NCBI GenBank assembly: GCA_044221315.1
Contig: JBGAPK010000009.1
Location: 100,416 to 132,415, forward strand
Direction of reading: 5' to 3'
Source of the DNA: Phycisphaerales bacterium
GTDB taxonomy: Bacteria > Planctomycetota > Phycisphaerae > Phycisphaerales > UBA1924
Length of the DNA stretch: 32,000 bases
Positions 1 to 11,538 of the stretch are shown piece by piece. Positions within the stretch are counted from its first letter, which is position 1. Each line of letters opens with the position of its first letter. The notes below the pieces were generated by a model. The model did no database searches and was not told where the DNA came from. It saw only the letters and a list, made by a program, of their open reading frames with translations. Made by a program: the position numbers and the translations under genes.

Positions 1-1
1 C

Positions 2-1075
2 GATCCGGCGTTGTACGAACTCTGCCGCGAGCGGGTCTTTCGGCGATCGTGGCAGTTTGTCGGAAGCGCGGAAAGTGTGAAGGTGCCGGGCCAGGTGCAT
101 CCGTTCACCCTTCTGCCCGGATGCCTCGATGAGCCGGTCTTGCTGAGCCGGGACTGGGACGACCGGGTGCATTGCCTTTCGAATGTGTGTACGCACCGGG
201 GCACAATTCTGTGTTCACAGGGCGGCGTCGAAAAGTCGTTGATCTGCCGCTACCACGGACGCCGATTCGGATTGAACGGGGTGTTCCAGTACATGCCGGA
301 GTTTGAAAAGACCGTCGGGTTCCCGTCTGAGGCGGACAACCTCAGCCGTATTCCGTTCGGCGGGTGGGGCACATCCGGCGTGTCGGAACAGAGTGTCCAG
401 AGCGAGACGTTCCTGTTTGCGTCGGTTGCGCCCGCGGGAGGGCTCGGCGCGGTGATCGAGCCGATGGCCAAACGGCTCGCATGGATGCCGTTCAATGAGT
501 TCAGATTTGACGCGGCACGATCGCGTGATTACTTGGTGCACGCCAATTGGGCCTTGTACATCGACAACTATCTCGAGGGTTTCCACATTCCCTTCGTGCA
601 TGCTTCGCTGAACGACGCGATCGACTACGGTCAGTACTCGACTGAACTCTTCACCCATTGCAATCTTCAGCTCGGAATCGCCAAGCCGGGCGAAACCGTC
701 TTTGATCTGCCGCAGTCCTCACCCGACTTTGGCCGCCCGGTCGCGGCATATTACTGGTGGCTGTTCCCGAACACGATGTTCAATTTCTATCCGTGGGGTC
801 TGTCCGTCAATGTCGTCCAGCCGTTGGCGCACGATCGCACGCGGGTCAGCTTTCTTTCATACGTCTGGGACGAGAGCAAGATCTCGCAGGGGGCCGGCGC
901 AGGACTGGATCGCGTCGAAAGGGAGGACGAAGTGGTGGTCGAAGCTGTTCAGCGCGGCACGCGCGGATCGTTTTATTCTCGAGGAAGATACTCGCCGACC
1001 CGTGAGCAGGGCGTGCATCACTTCCATCGACTTCTGGCCGACGCGTTGTTCGACCGGGCCAATGCTCCATCCTGA
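2..1075 (+). CDS. Rieske [2Fe-2S] non-haem-iron oxygenase alpha-subunit-like protein (choline-monooxygenase-like family), 5' end cut by the window edge
   Basis: Rieske motifs CTHRG and CRYHGRRF occur in 'HCLSNVCTHRGTILC...LICRYHGRRFGLNG'. A mononuclear-iron motif occurs in 'DNYLEGFHIPFVHASL'. The frame is open back to base 2. The listed TTG at 11 falls inside the conserved 'DPALYELCRERVF' N-terminal block, so it is an internal Leu and not the start. Confidence 0.8.
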   Translation, partial: DPALYELCRERVFRRSWQFVGSAESVKVPGQVHPFTLLPGCLDEPVLLSRDWDDRVHCLSNVCTHRGTILCSQGGVEKSLICRYHGRRFGLNGVFQYMPEFEKTVGFPSEADNLSRIPFGGWGTSGVSEQSVQSETFLFASVAPAGGLGAVIEPMAKRLAWMPFNEFRFDAARSRDYLVHANWALYIDNYLEGFHIPFVHASLNDAIDYGQYSTELFTHCNLQLGIAKPGETVFDLPQSSPDFGRPVAAYYWWLFPNTMFNFYPWGLSVNVVQPLAHDRTRVSFLSYVWDESKISQGAGAGLDRVEREDEVVVEAVQRGTRGSFYSRGRYSPTREQGVHHFHRLLADALFDRANAPS

Positions 1076-1101
1076 CTTCACACTCTTCATCGGAGGTCAT
1101 C

Positions 1102-1569
1102 GTGTCGCAATATCAAGCCACCGTCCGCTGGGATCGCAGGGGCGAGGTATTCATCGACAACAAGTACAGCCGGGCGCACGCCTGGCAGTTCGACGGCGGC
1201 GCGGTCGTTCCGGCGTCGTCTTCACCGCATGTGGTTCGAGTTCCGCTCTCTGATCCGGCGGGCGTAGACCCGGAGGAGGCGTTCATCGCCTCGCTCGCGA
1301 GTTGTCACATGCTTTGGTTCCTGTCACTCGCCGCAAAGCGGGGATACGTGGTCGATCGCTACACCGATGATGCGATCGGTGAGCTCGACAAGGACCCGGA
1401 AGGAAGAATCGCGATGACCGTGGTGACGCTGCGGCCGCGGGTGGTCTTTTCCGGCGAAAAGCAGCCCAACCCTGATCAAGTCGCCGATCTGCATCACCGC
1501 TCGCACCACGAGTGTTACATCGCGAACTCGGTGAAGACCGAGGTTCGGTGTCAGCCGGTCGGCGAGTGA
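1102..1569 (+). CDS. OsmC/Ohr-family peroxiredoxin-like protein
   Basis: 155 aa with two conserved Cys contexts typical of OsmC-like proteins ('ASLASCHMLWFL' and 'HHECYIANSVKTEV'). GTG start is preceded by GGAGG-like 'ggaggt' at about 1092-1097. It lies 26 nt after the Rieske gene. Confidence 0.8.
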   Translation: MSQYQATVRWDRRGEVFIDNKYSRAHAWQFDGGAVVPASSSPHVVRVPLSDPAGVDPEEAFIASLASCHMLWFLSLAAKRGYVVDRYTDDAIGELDKDPEGRIAMTVVTLRPRVVFSGEKQPNPDQVADLHHRSHHECYIANSVKTEVRCQPVGE

Positions 1570-1708
1570 CGGGCTTTCCGGTAGTCGGTTGTTGAGTTCG
1601 GTCTGAGGGACAGCGCGTGCAGCCATCATCTCGCGGACGGATTCTCCGCACGCCTCGAAGACGTGCCCGGTCCTTCCTATACTCGCCGACTTTTTCAGAA
1701 GGATTCTC

Positions 1709-3559
1709 ATGCTCCGTCGCACGCACACCTGCGGCCAACTCCGCGATACCGATGTCGGTCAGACCGTTACACTCAACGGCTGGGTCCATTCGCACCGCGG
1801 GCACGGCACCGGCCTGGTTTTCATCGATCTCCGCGATCGCTACGGCCTGACGCAGCTCGTCTTCGACGGCGACGACTCCCACAAGGGCATGCTGGAGATC
1901 GCCGACAAGCTCCGCCACGAGGATGTGATCGCGGCAAAGGGCAAGGTGCGAGTGCGCACCGGCGGCGAAAACCCCAAGCTCCAGACCGGCAAGATAGAGA
2001 TCGTGATCGAGGAACTGGAAATCCTCAATAAGGCGGAGACGCCCCCGTTCCTGCCCGACGACAACCCGCAGGGCGGCAAGCTTCCGAACGAAGAACTTCG
2101 CCTTGAGTATCGGTATATCGATCTGCGTCGTCCGAAGATGCAGCACATCCTCGGCACACGCGCCAAGGCGCTCAAAGTCACCCGGGACTACTTTTACGAC
2201 AACGGCTTTCTCGAGATCGAAACGCCGATTCTGTACAAGAGCACGCCCGAGGGCGCGCGTGAATTTCTCGTTCCCAGCCGGCACCAGCCGGGCGAGTGGT
2301 ACGCGCTGCCGCAGAGCCCCCAGCTTTTTAAGCAGATCCTCATGGTGGCGGGCGCCGACCGTTACCTGCAGATCTGCCGCTGCTTCCGTGACGAGGACCC
2401 GCGTGCCGACCGTCAGGCCGAGTTCACGCAGATCGACCTTGAGATGTCGTTCGTGCGGCGCGAGCACGTGATGGAGATGATGGAGGGGTTCGTGCGCCGC
2501 CTCTGGAAGGACATGTGCGGCTACGACGTGCCGCCGATCCGCAAGATGCCGTACCGCGAGGCGATGGAGGACTACGGGATCGACCGTCCCGACACGCGCT
2601 ATGACCTCAAGATCAAGGACATCTCCGAGATTGCGGCCAAGTCCGACTTCGGTGTGTTCAAGGACGCTCTTGCAAAGGGCGCCGACCGCCCGAAGTACAA
2701 CAGCGCCAAGGGCGTGGTGAAGGCCCTGCGTGTGCCCGGCGGTGCGGAGAAACTGACCCGCAAGATCACGGACGGCTACACCGAATTCGTAAAGGGATTC
2801 GGTGCCGGCGGCGCCGCGGTCGTCAAGATGAACGCGCAAGGCGTGCTCGAGACGGGCATCGCCAAGTTTGTCGAGCCGATCAAGGCGGAATTGGTCGCGG
2901 CGCTCGGCATGCAGCCGGGAGACACGGTGTTCTTCCTGGCGGATGCCTACTCGATTGCGACGAAGGCGATCGGTGAACTCCGCCAGAAGGTTGCACGCGA
3001 CATGGGGCTCATTCCCAAGTCCGGCGCCGAAGGCGGGCCTTGGAATTTCCTGTTCGTGATTGATTTTCCGATGTTCGAGAAGAACAAGGAAACGGGAAAA
3101 TGGATCGCGATGCACCACCCGTTTACAGCGCCCCGCGACGATCAGGCAGAAGCTTTCGTCAAAGCCGACGTGAACGATGACGTACTCATCGAGTCGATCG
3201 TCTCGGCCGGGTACGACATCGTGCTGAACGGCCAGGAAATCGCGGGCGGCAGCGTGCGAATTCACGACGGCGCGGTCCAAAGCAAGGTGTTCCAGTTGCT
3301 CGGTCTCTCCCCGGCGCAGGCGGAGGAGAAGTTCTCGTTCCTGCTCCGCGCCTTGAAATTCGGGGCACCTCCGCACGCCGGCATCGCGTTCGGGTTCGAC
3401 CGTCTCATCATGAACTTCGTCGGGACCGACAACATCCGCGATGTCATCGCCTTCCCGAAGACGCAGACGGGAGCCGATCTCATGACCAAGGCGCCGTCGC
3501 CCGTCACGGATCAGCAGCTCAAGGACCTGCACGTGGCGAGCACGTTCAAGCCCCACTAG
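1709..3559 (+). CDS. aspS: Aspartate--tRNA ligase, bacterial type with insertion (GAD) domain
   Basis: N-terminal OB-fold block 'RTHTCGQLR...VTLNGWVHSHRGHGTGLVFIDLRDRYG'. Class II motif 2 'CFRDEDPRADRQAEFTQIDLEMSF'. Motif 3 'GIAFGFDRLIM'. 616 aa. SD-like 'aagga' at 1699-1703. Confidence 0.97.
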   Translation: MLRRTHTCGQLRDTDVGQTVTLNGWVHSHRGHGTGLVFIDLRDRYGLTQLVFDGDDSHKGMLEIADKLRHEDVIAAKGKVRVRTGGENPKLQTGKIEIVIEELEILNKAETPPFLPDDNPQGGKLPNEELRLEYRYIDLRRPKMQHILGTRAKALKVTRDYFYDNGFLEIETPILYKSTPEGAREFLVPSRHQPGEWYALPQSPQLFKQILMVAGADRYLQICRCFRDEDPRADRQAEFTQIDLEMSFVRREHVMEMMEGFVRRLWKDMCGYDVPPIRKMPYREAMEDYGIDRPDTRYDLKIKDISEIAAKSDFGVFKDALAKGADRPKYNSAKGVVKALRVPGGAEKLTRKITDGYTEFVKGFGAGGAAVVKMNAQGVLETGIAKFVEPIKAELVAALGMQPGDTVFFLADAYSIATKAIGELRQKVARDMGLIPKSGAEGGPWNFLFVIDFPMFEKNKETGKWIAMHHPFTAPRDDQAEAFVKADVNDDVLIESIVSAGYDIVLNGQEIAGGSVRIHDGAVQSKVFQLLGLSPAQAEEKFSFLLRALKFGAPPHAGIAFGFDRLIMNFVGTDNIRDVIAFPKTQTGADLMTKAPSPVTDQQLKDLHVASTFKPH

Positions 3560-3595
3560 GCACGAGGACGCTCCTTTTCGCGCCGAATCGCAAAC

Positions 3596-4303
3596 TCATG
3601 GACTGGGGATGAGAATCGTTCCTCCGTTCTCGGCGTCACGTTTTCCTTCGATGCACTCGAGGATGACTTGTGCGACCGAGTCCGGCGGAAGAGCCCGTCG
3701 CCGCGGGAGTGTGCCCTCTCCGAACATGCTCCTCAGGAGCGCGGTCTCGACCGCTCCGGGCGCAACGGTGAAGGCGCGAACGCCGTGACGTCCCTGCTCG
3801 TTTATCACGGATTTGACGGTGAGCATCATGCTGGCCTTCGCCGCGGCGTACGCGTAGAGCCCGGGGAACGGATTGACCACCGCCATCGAGGCCACGTTGA
3901 CGATGCAGCCAGTCCTCTGTGCGACCATGTGCGGGAGAGCCCGGGCGATCGCTACGCACGGCCCGATCGCATTGACCCGGAAGATCTCCTCGATCTCCGC
4001 GGCACCGTACTCGGCGATCGGCTTGAGGTTGGTCCACCCCGCGTTGTTGACGAGCACGTCGATCCGTCCGAGTTGTTCGAGGGCGGATGCGATCATGGCT
4101 TCAACCTCCGCGCTCAGCCCGATGTCGGCAACGTGAACAACCGCACCTGAGACGCTTGCCGCCGCGGCATCCAGGTTGGAGCGATTTCTGCCGACCAGCA
4201 TCAGGCGAAAACCTGCCTCCCGAAGCAGGCGGGCCGTGGCAAGGCCGATCCCCGAGCCCGCTCCGGTGACGATGGCGGTCTTTGAAACGGCATTCGTGTT
4301 CAT
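3596..4303 (-). CDS. Short-chain dehydrogenase/reductase (SDR) family oxidoreductase
   Basis: Cofactor motif 'VTGAGSGIGLATA', 'NNAG', and catalytic YxxxK in 'YAYAAAKAS'. I place the start at the internal ATG (MNTNAVSKTAIVTGAG) at 4303 rather than the ORF-track 4396, because the Rossmann motif normally lies within about 15 aa of the N-terminus. Confidence 0.85.
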   Translation of the reverse strand: MNTNAVSKTAIVTGAGSGIGLATARLLREAGFRLMLVGRNRSNLDAAAASVSGAVVHVADIGLSAEVEAMIASALEQLGRIDVLVNNAGWTNLKPIAEYGAAEIEEIFRVNAIGPCVAIARALPHMVAQRTGCIVNVASMAVVNPFPGLYAYAAAKASMMLTVKSVINEQGRHGVRAFTVAPGAVETALLRSMFGEGTLPRRRALPPDSVAQVILECIEGKRDAENGGTILIPSP

Positions 4304-4374
4304 GACCGATTGTTCGGCGGACGGATCGGGCCGGATGCAGGTATTCCGGCGAGCGAAGTCTCTAGACTCTCGGT

Positions 4375-5934
4375 GTGACGTTCCGCATTCTTTCACTCTT
4401 CGGGGCGCTCCTGATCATCCTCGGGGTGCCCTTCCTGTTGCGCCCGACCAATGCGCCGAGCAATGCGGGCAAGGACGTTGCGCGGCTCATCATCATGACC
4501 CCGCATGTTTCGCAGATTTCCTCAGAATTCGGCCCGGCGTTCGAGGCTTGGCACAAACGTACTTACGGCACGCCGGTCGCGATCGACTGGCGCGGGCCGC
4601 TCGGCACGAGCGAGATTCTCAAGCTGCTGCAGAGCCAGTACAACGCGGCAATCCGGCGCGGAACACTCAAGCCCGACGGCTCGTGCCCGGTTGCAACTGT
4701 GGATTACGACCTGATTTTCGGCGGTGGCGCCTTCGATCATGGTCGGCTGAAGTTGGGCGAGGGGGTGACAGTTTCCATCCGGGATGGAGACAAGGCTTCA
4801 ACCAAGAACGTGCCGATGTCCGTTCCGGCGGGGTTTTCCCAGAAACAACTCGACGAGTGGTTTGGCGAGAACCGGATCGGTTCGGCACTTTTGTACGACC
4901 CGCAGCAGTACTGGATCGGCAACGTTCTGTCGGGATTTGGCATCGTCTTCAACCGCGACCTGCTCCAGCGCATGGAACTGCAGGACCCAACGTCATTCGA
5001 GGATCTCACCAACCCTCGGCTTCAGGGAATGGTCGCGCTCGCCGATCCGCGCCAGTCGGGGTCGATCGCAACCGCCTTCGACTCGATTCTGAGCAACTAT
5101 GGCTGGGAAAAGGGCTGGCGAATACTCCGCGAGATGTGCGCCAACGCCCGGTATTTCACAAACTCCTCCACCAAACCGCCGATCGATATCAGTCTCGGTG
5201 AAGGCGCTATCGGTCTTGCGATTGATTTTTACGGGCGCAGCCAGGCGCAGGCGATCGCCAGTCCGGGTGAAGATCCCGCCCACGTCCGGGTCGGGTACAT
5301 CGATCCCAGGGGAACTGCGTCTATCGATACCGATTCGATCTCCATTCTTCGAGGCGGCCCGAATCCCGAAATCGCGAGAAGGTTCGTCGAGTTCGTACTG
5401 ACCATCGAGGGGCAAGCGCTCTGGGATTTTCCCATTCAGAGCGCCGCCTCGCCGGTGCTCGACGGCGTAACGCTCGGACCGAAGCACTACAAACTCCGGC
5501 GAATGCCGATCCGACGCATCATGTACGAGAAGTACGCGAAGGAACTGGTCGACAAGGTGGACCCGTACGACATCGCCTCGACGGTCAAGCCCGCCGGATG
5601 GCGATCCGCGATCGGAGTGATGATGGGCGCGTTCGCGATCGATAACTCCGATCTGCAGCGTGCCGCATGGAACGCGCTGAACCGTGCTAAAGCCGAACCG
5701 GCGTTTCCGAGAGATATTCTGGCCCAGATGGAATCGGACTTCTTTGCGTGGCCGATGACGCCGGGTGCGGACGGCAAGGAAGTCGCGTTCACGCCGGAAA
5801 CCTGCCAGTCGATCGTCTCCTCCTGGAAATCCCCGGGAGCACAAAGGCGCTGCGAAATCGCCTACACGAAGTTCTTTCGTGACAAATACGAACACATGCT
5901 TTCCCTGTACGGGAGCGCCCGAAAAGAGCACTGA
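4375..5934 (+). CDS. Extracellular solute-binding protein (ABC-type, iron(III)/polyamine-like family 1) with N-terminal membrane anchor or signal
   Basis: GTG start. Hydrophobic N-terminus 'ILSLFGALLIILGVPFLL'. SBP-like blocks 'DLIFGGGAFDH', 'GFGIVFNRDLL', 'ALADPRQSGS' and 'GLAIDFYG'. The family call is by eye only. Confidence 0.6.
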   Translation: MTFRILSLFGALLIILGVPFLLRPTNAPSNAGKDVARLIIMTPHVSQISSEFGPAFEAWHKRTYGTPVAIDWRGPLGTSEILKLLQSQYNAAIRRGTLKPDGSCPVATVDYDLIFGGGAFDHGRLKLGEGVTVSIRDGDKASTKNVPMSVPAGFSQKQLDEWFGENRIGSALLYDPQQYWIGNVLSGFGIVFNRDLLQRMELQDPTSFEDLTNPRLQGMVALADPRQSGSIATAFDSILSNYGWEKGWRILREMCANARYFTNSSTKPPIDISLGEGAIGLAIDFYGRSQAQAIASPGEDPAHVRVGYIDPRGTASIDTDSISILRGGPNPEIARRFVEFVLTIEGQALWDFPIQSAASPVLDGVTLGPKHYKLRRMPIRRIMYEKYAKELVDKVDPYDIASTVKPAGWRSAIGVMMGAFAIDNSDLQRAAWNALNRAKAEPAFPRDILAQMESDFFAWPMTPGADGKEVAFTPETCQSIVSSWKSPGAQRRCEIAYTKFFRDKYEHMLSLYGSARKEH

Positions 5935-5971
5935 TCGGGGAGGTCGATGCCCCGCGTGCCGATAGAGTGTC

Positions 5972-7534
5972 ATGGTGCCTCACCCGAGCACAAACCCGTC
6001 CGGAACGAGCTTCACAAAGATCGTCGCCACGATCGGGCCGGGGAGCGAATCTCCGGAGACGGTCCGCAAGCTCATCGAGGCGGGCGTCGCCATCTTTCGT
6101 TTCAACTTCTCGCACGGCGATTTCGCCGCCCACGAAAGACGGCTCGATGTTGTCCGCCAGACGTCCGCCGAAATGGACCGCCCGATCGCGTGTCTCGGCG
6201 ACCTGCAGGGCCCGAAGATTCGCGTCGGGCGGGTTGAAGCTCCCGGGATAGAGATCATGCCCGGCCAGACCGTGGTGTTTCGCAACGACCTGGACGTTGC
6301 GCGCGTTGAAACGGCGCCCTCGCGCGAAACCGTTGTCGTTCTTCCGACAACGTACGCCCCGATCGTCCTCGAGGTCGAGCCCGGTCAAAGGGTCCTCATC
6401 AACGATGGCGCGATCCGGCTGCTCGCACTGTCGGGCGATCGGATGGACGAGCTCCGCTGCACGGTTACGGTGGGTGGCCTTGTCACCAGCGGCAAGGGAA
6501 TCAACCTCCCGCAGAGCGTCGTCGCGGCGCCCGCAATCACGGATCGTGATTGGGAGTGCGTTGCTTGGGCGGTGGACAATCAACTCGACTTTCTGGCCCT
6601 TAGCTTTGTCCGGACCGCGGCCGAAGTGCTCGAGCTCAAGGCGCGAATCGCGACGCTTTGCCCTTCTACCCGGTGCGCCGATCTCAAAGGCGAGTCGGCT
6701 TCCATGCCCGTTATTGCCAAAATCGAAAAGCCCCAGGCGGTTGAGAACATCGAGTCCATTATCCGTGCCGCCGACGGCATCATCGTCGCGAGAGGCGATC
6801 TGGGCGTCGAGATGGACATCGCGCGCGTGCCGGTCGTGCAGAAGTCGCTCATCGCCGCGGCACACAACTGGGGAAAGCCTGTCATTGTCGCCACGCAGAT
6901 GCTCGAATCGATGATCGAGAATCCATCACCGACCCGCGCCGAGGCGAGCGACGTCGCGAACGCCGTCTTCGACGGGGCCGACGCGGTAATGCTTTCGGCC
7001 GAAACGGCGACGGGCAAGTGGCCGGTTTTGGCGGTCGAGACGATGCGCCGAATCGCTTCGGTCGCGGAGGAGCGCATCGCCGAGATTCCCTCCCATCACG
7101 AAGCCCCGCGCGAACTCGTCCAGAGCCGATACCAGACCGCCGCGCTCGCCCACGGCGCCTGGCAGATCGCACGGGACATCGGCGCCAAGGCGGTCGTCTG
7201 CTGGTCGGAGGCCGGCGGCACGGCCCGCTATCTCTCACAGAACGACTTCGATATTCCCATCATCGCCTATTCGTCGTCGCTTCGGGCGTGCCGGCGCATG
7301 GCGATTCTCCGCGCCGTCACCGCCGTCTGCCTGAGGGTTCCCGACGGACCATCTCCGCTTGCATCTTGGAACGAACAGGTGGACCGCTTTCTACTCTCCC
7401 GCAAGTTCGCCAATCAGGGAGATCCGATCGTCATACTCTGCGGCCGGCCGCTGGGCACTGCGAAATCTGTGAACGTCGTCGCCGTGCACAGAGTCGGTTC
7501 CGACGTTTCGGGCTTCCGCGCCCATGTTCATTAG
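5972..7534 (+). CDS. pyk: Pyruvate kinase
   Basis: 'TKIVATIGPGSESPE', 'FRFNFSHGD', 'IAKIEKPQAVENI', 'ARGDLGVEM', 'MLSAETATGKWP'. Confidence 0.95.
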   Translation: MVPHPSTNPSGTSFTKIVATIGPGSESPETVRKLIEAGVAIFRFNFSHGDFAAHERRLDVVRQTSAEMDRPIACLGDLQGPKIRVGRVEAPGIEIMPGQTVVFRNDLDVARVETAPSRETVVVLPTTYAPIVLEVEPGQRVLINDGAIRLLALSGDRMDELRCTVTVGGLVTSGKGINLPQSVVAAPAITDRDWECVAWAVDNQLDFLALSFVRTAAEVLELKARIATLCPSTRCADLKGESASMPVIAKIEKPQAVENIESIIRAADGIIVARGDLGVEMDIARVPVVQKSLIAAAHNWGKPVIVATQMLESMIENPSPTRAEASDVANAVFDGADAVMLSAETATGKWPVLAVETMRRIASVAEERIAEIPSHHEAPRELVQSRYQTAALAHGAWQIARDIGAKAVVCWSEAGGTARYLSQNDFDIPIIAYSSSLRACRRMAILRAVTAVCLRVPDGPSPLASWNEQVDRFLLSRKFANQGDPIVILCGRPLGTAKSVNVVAVHRVGSDVSGFRAHVH

Positions 7535-7700
7535 GCACACCCGCCCGTCCATCATCGACTGCGTAAATCGGCACCTTTGCCTCATGCCTGCGAGGGTCTC
7601 CGCTTCAGCCACGGCGCTCCCTCTTTTCATGCCCATTGCATTTGCTCCCTGTGTCACGGTGCCTCGGTGGTGAATGTCTTTTCATCCGTACACTCGCTCC

Positions 7701-9017
7701 ATGCACCGAACCGCGGCCATCATTTCCCAGGGCGACGAGATCGTCATTGGCCAGACGCTCGATACCAACAGCAAGTGGATTGCGGCTCGACTCCTCGAAA
7801 TCGGCATCGTTCCAATCGAGCATGTATCGCTTCCCGACGATCGCGCCGCGATCGCCGCCGCCTTCACTCGCCTCGCGGCCGGCGTCGATCTGATCATCTG
7901 CTCCGGCGGCCTTGGCCCGACCGCGGATGATCTAACCCGTTTCGCCCTCGCAGACGCGACGAGCGACACACTCATTGAAGATGCCGAATCTCTCACGCAA
8001 ATCACGGCGTGGTTCGCCGCCCGGGGGCGGGCCATGAACGACTTGAACAAAGTTCAAGCCCTGCGCCCAAGCCGTGCGACGATGCTGCCGAACGCGCATG
8101 GCACCGCACCGGGAATTCTTGCCATTTCCGGGCCGTGCAACATCTTCTGCCTGCCGGGCCCCCCGCGCGAATTGGCCCCGATGTTCGATCACTTCGTCGT
8201 GCCAAGGCTTCAACCCGACCGCGCCCGAACTGTTCGCGTCCGAGTCCTGCACACGATCGGGCTCGGAGAATCGGACATCGCCCTGCGGCTTCGCGGCGCT
8301 CCCGGAGGAGACCTGATGGCGCGCGAACGGATGCCATTGGTGGGCACGACCGCCTCGAACAGCGTGGTTTCCTGCCGAATCCGGTACGAGGGAACGCTCG
8401 CGGTCCATGAAGCCGAGGAATTGGTCTCACGCGACGAGGCCTCCATCCGCGCTCTGATCGGGGAGGCTGTCTTTGGCACTGGCGATGACACACTCGCCTC
8501 GGTGATCGTGCGCTCGCTCAAGAATCGGTCGCAAACACTCGCGACAGTCGAAAGCTGCACGGGCGGGCTGATCGCAGCACAGATCACCGACGTGCCCGGA
8601 GCGTCGGACGTGTACCGATCCGGTTGGGTGACGTACGCCAACCAGACCAAGTCGCGCGAAGTAGGAGTTGACTCCGGGCTTTTCAAGGAGACCGGCGGCG
8701 AAAGCGCTCCCGGAGCCGTCAGTTCCGAGGTCGCCCTGGCAATGGCCGAAGGGGGCCTGCGCGAGGCCAAGGCCGATTTCGCTCTCGCCGTCACGGGCAT
8801 CGCAGGTCCCGACGGCGGCACGCCCGACAAACCTGTCGGCACTGTTTTCATCGCGCTCGCGGCCGCCCACGCACCACCCGACGTTCGCCGGTTTGCTTTC
8901 ACCGGCGATCGCAGCGCCGTTCGGGAGTGGTCAGCGCGGGCAGCCCTGGCGATGCTGTGGTTGTCCCTGTGCGGACGGCAGGAGGTGCGATTGCTGCGGG
9001 AGGTGGGACGTTCGTAG
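7701..9017 (+). CDS. cinA: CinA-family protein: N-terminal MoCF-biosynthesis-like domain plus C-terminal nicotinamide-nucleotide amidohydrolase (PncC) domain
   Basis: 'AAIISQGDEIVIGQTLDTNSKWIA', 'GGLGPTADDLT' and C-terminal 'ESCTGGLIAAQITDVPGAS'. Start is taken at ATG 7701 (MHRTAAII), which matches the usual CinA N-terminus. The track start at 7674 is also possible. Confidence 0.85.
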   Translation: MHRTAAIISQGDEIVIGQTLDTNSKWIAARLLEIGIVPIEHVSLPDDRAAIAAAFTRLAAGVDLIICSGGLGPTADDLTRFALADATSDTLIEDAESLTQITAWFAARGRAMNDLNKVQALRPSRATMLPNAHGTAPGILAISGPCNIFCLPGPPRELAPMFDHFVVPRLQPDRARTVRVRVLHTIGLGESDIALRLRGAPGGDLMARERMPLVGTTASNSVVSCRIRYEGTLAVHEAEELVSRDEASIRALIGEAVFGTGDDTLASVIVRSLKNRSQTLATVESCTGGLIAAQITDVPGASDVYRSGWVTYANQTKSREVGVDSGLFKETGGESAPGAVSSEVALAMAEGGLREAKADFALAVTGIAGPDGGTPDKPVGTVFIALAAAHAPPDVRRFAFTGDRSAVREWSARAALAMLWLSLCGRQEVRLLREVGRS

Positions 9018-9020
9018 GCT

Positions 9021-11447
<2,427 letters not shown>

Positions 11448-11538
11448 CGCTGTTCTCCCGCCCCGACAATGTAGCCGATCACAACAACGAGCCGGCGACG
11501 GTTCAGTGCAGTGGCTTCCGAACGGTTATTCTCCACGC

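Noticed and set aside
1678-1683. TATACT hexamer upstream of aspS as a -10 promoter element
   Set aside because: There is no convincing -35 partner at 16-18 nt spacing. Promoter consensus for this unidentified lineage is unknown, so the evidence is too weak to report as a feature.
1283-3556. 757-aa minus-strand ORF covering the whole aspS gene
   Set aside because: It is antisense to a gene with unmistakable AspRS motifs. Its translation is Arg/Gly/Leu/Asp-rich with no recognisable domain. Long stop-free antisense frames are expected in GC-rich DNA.
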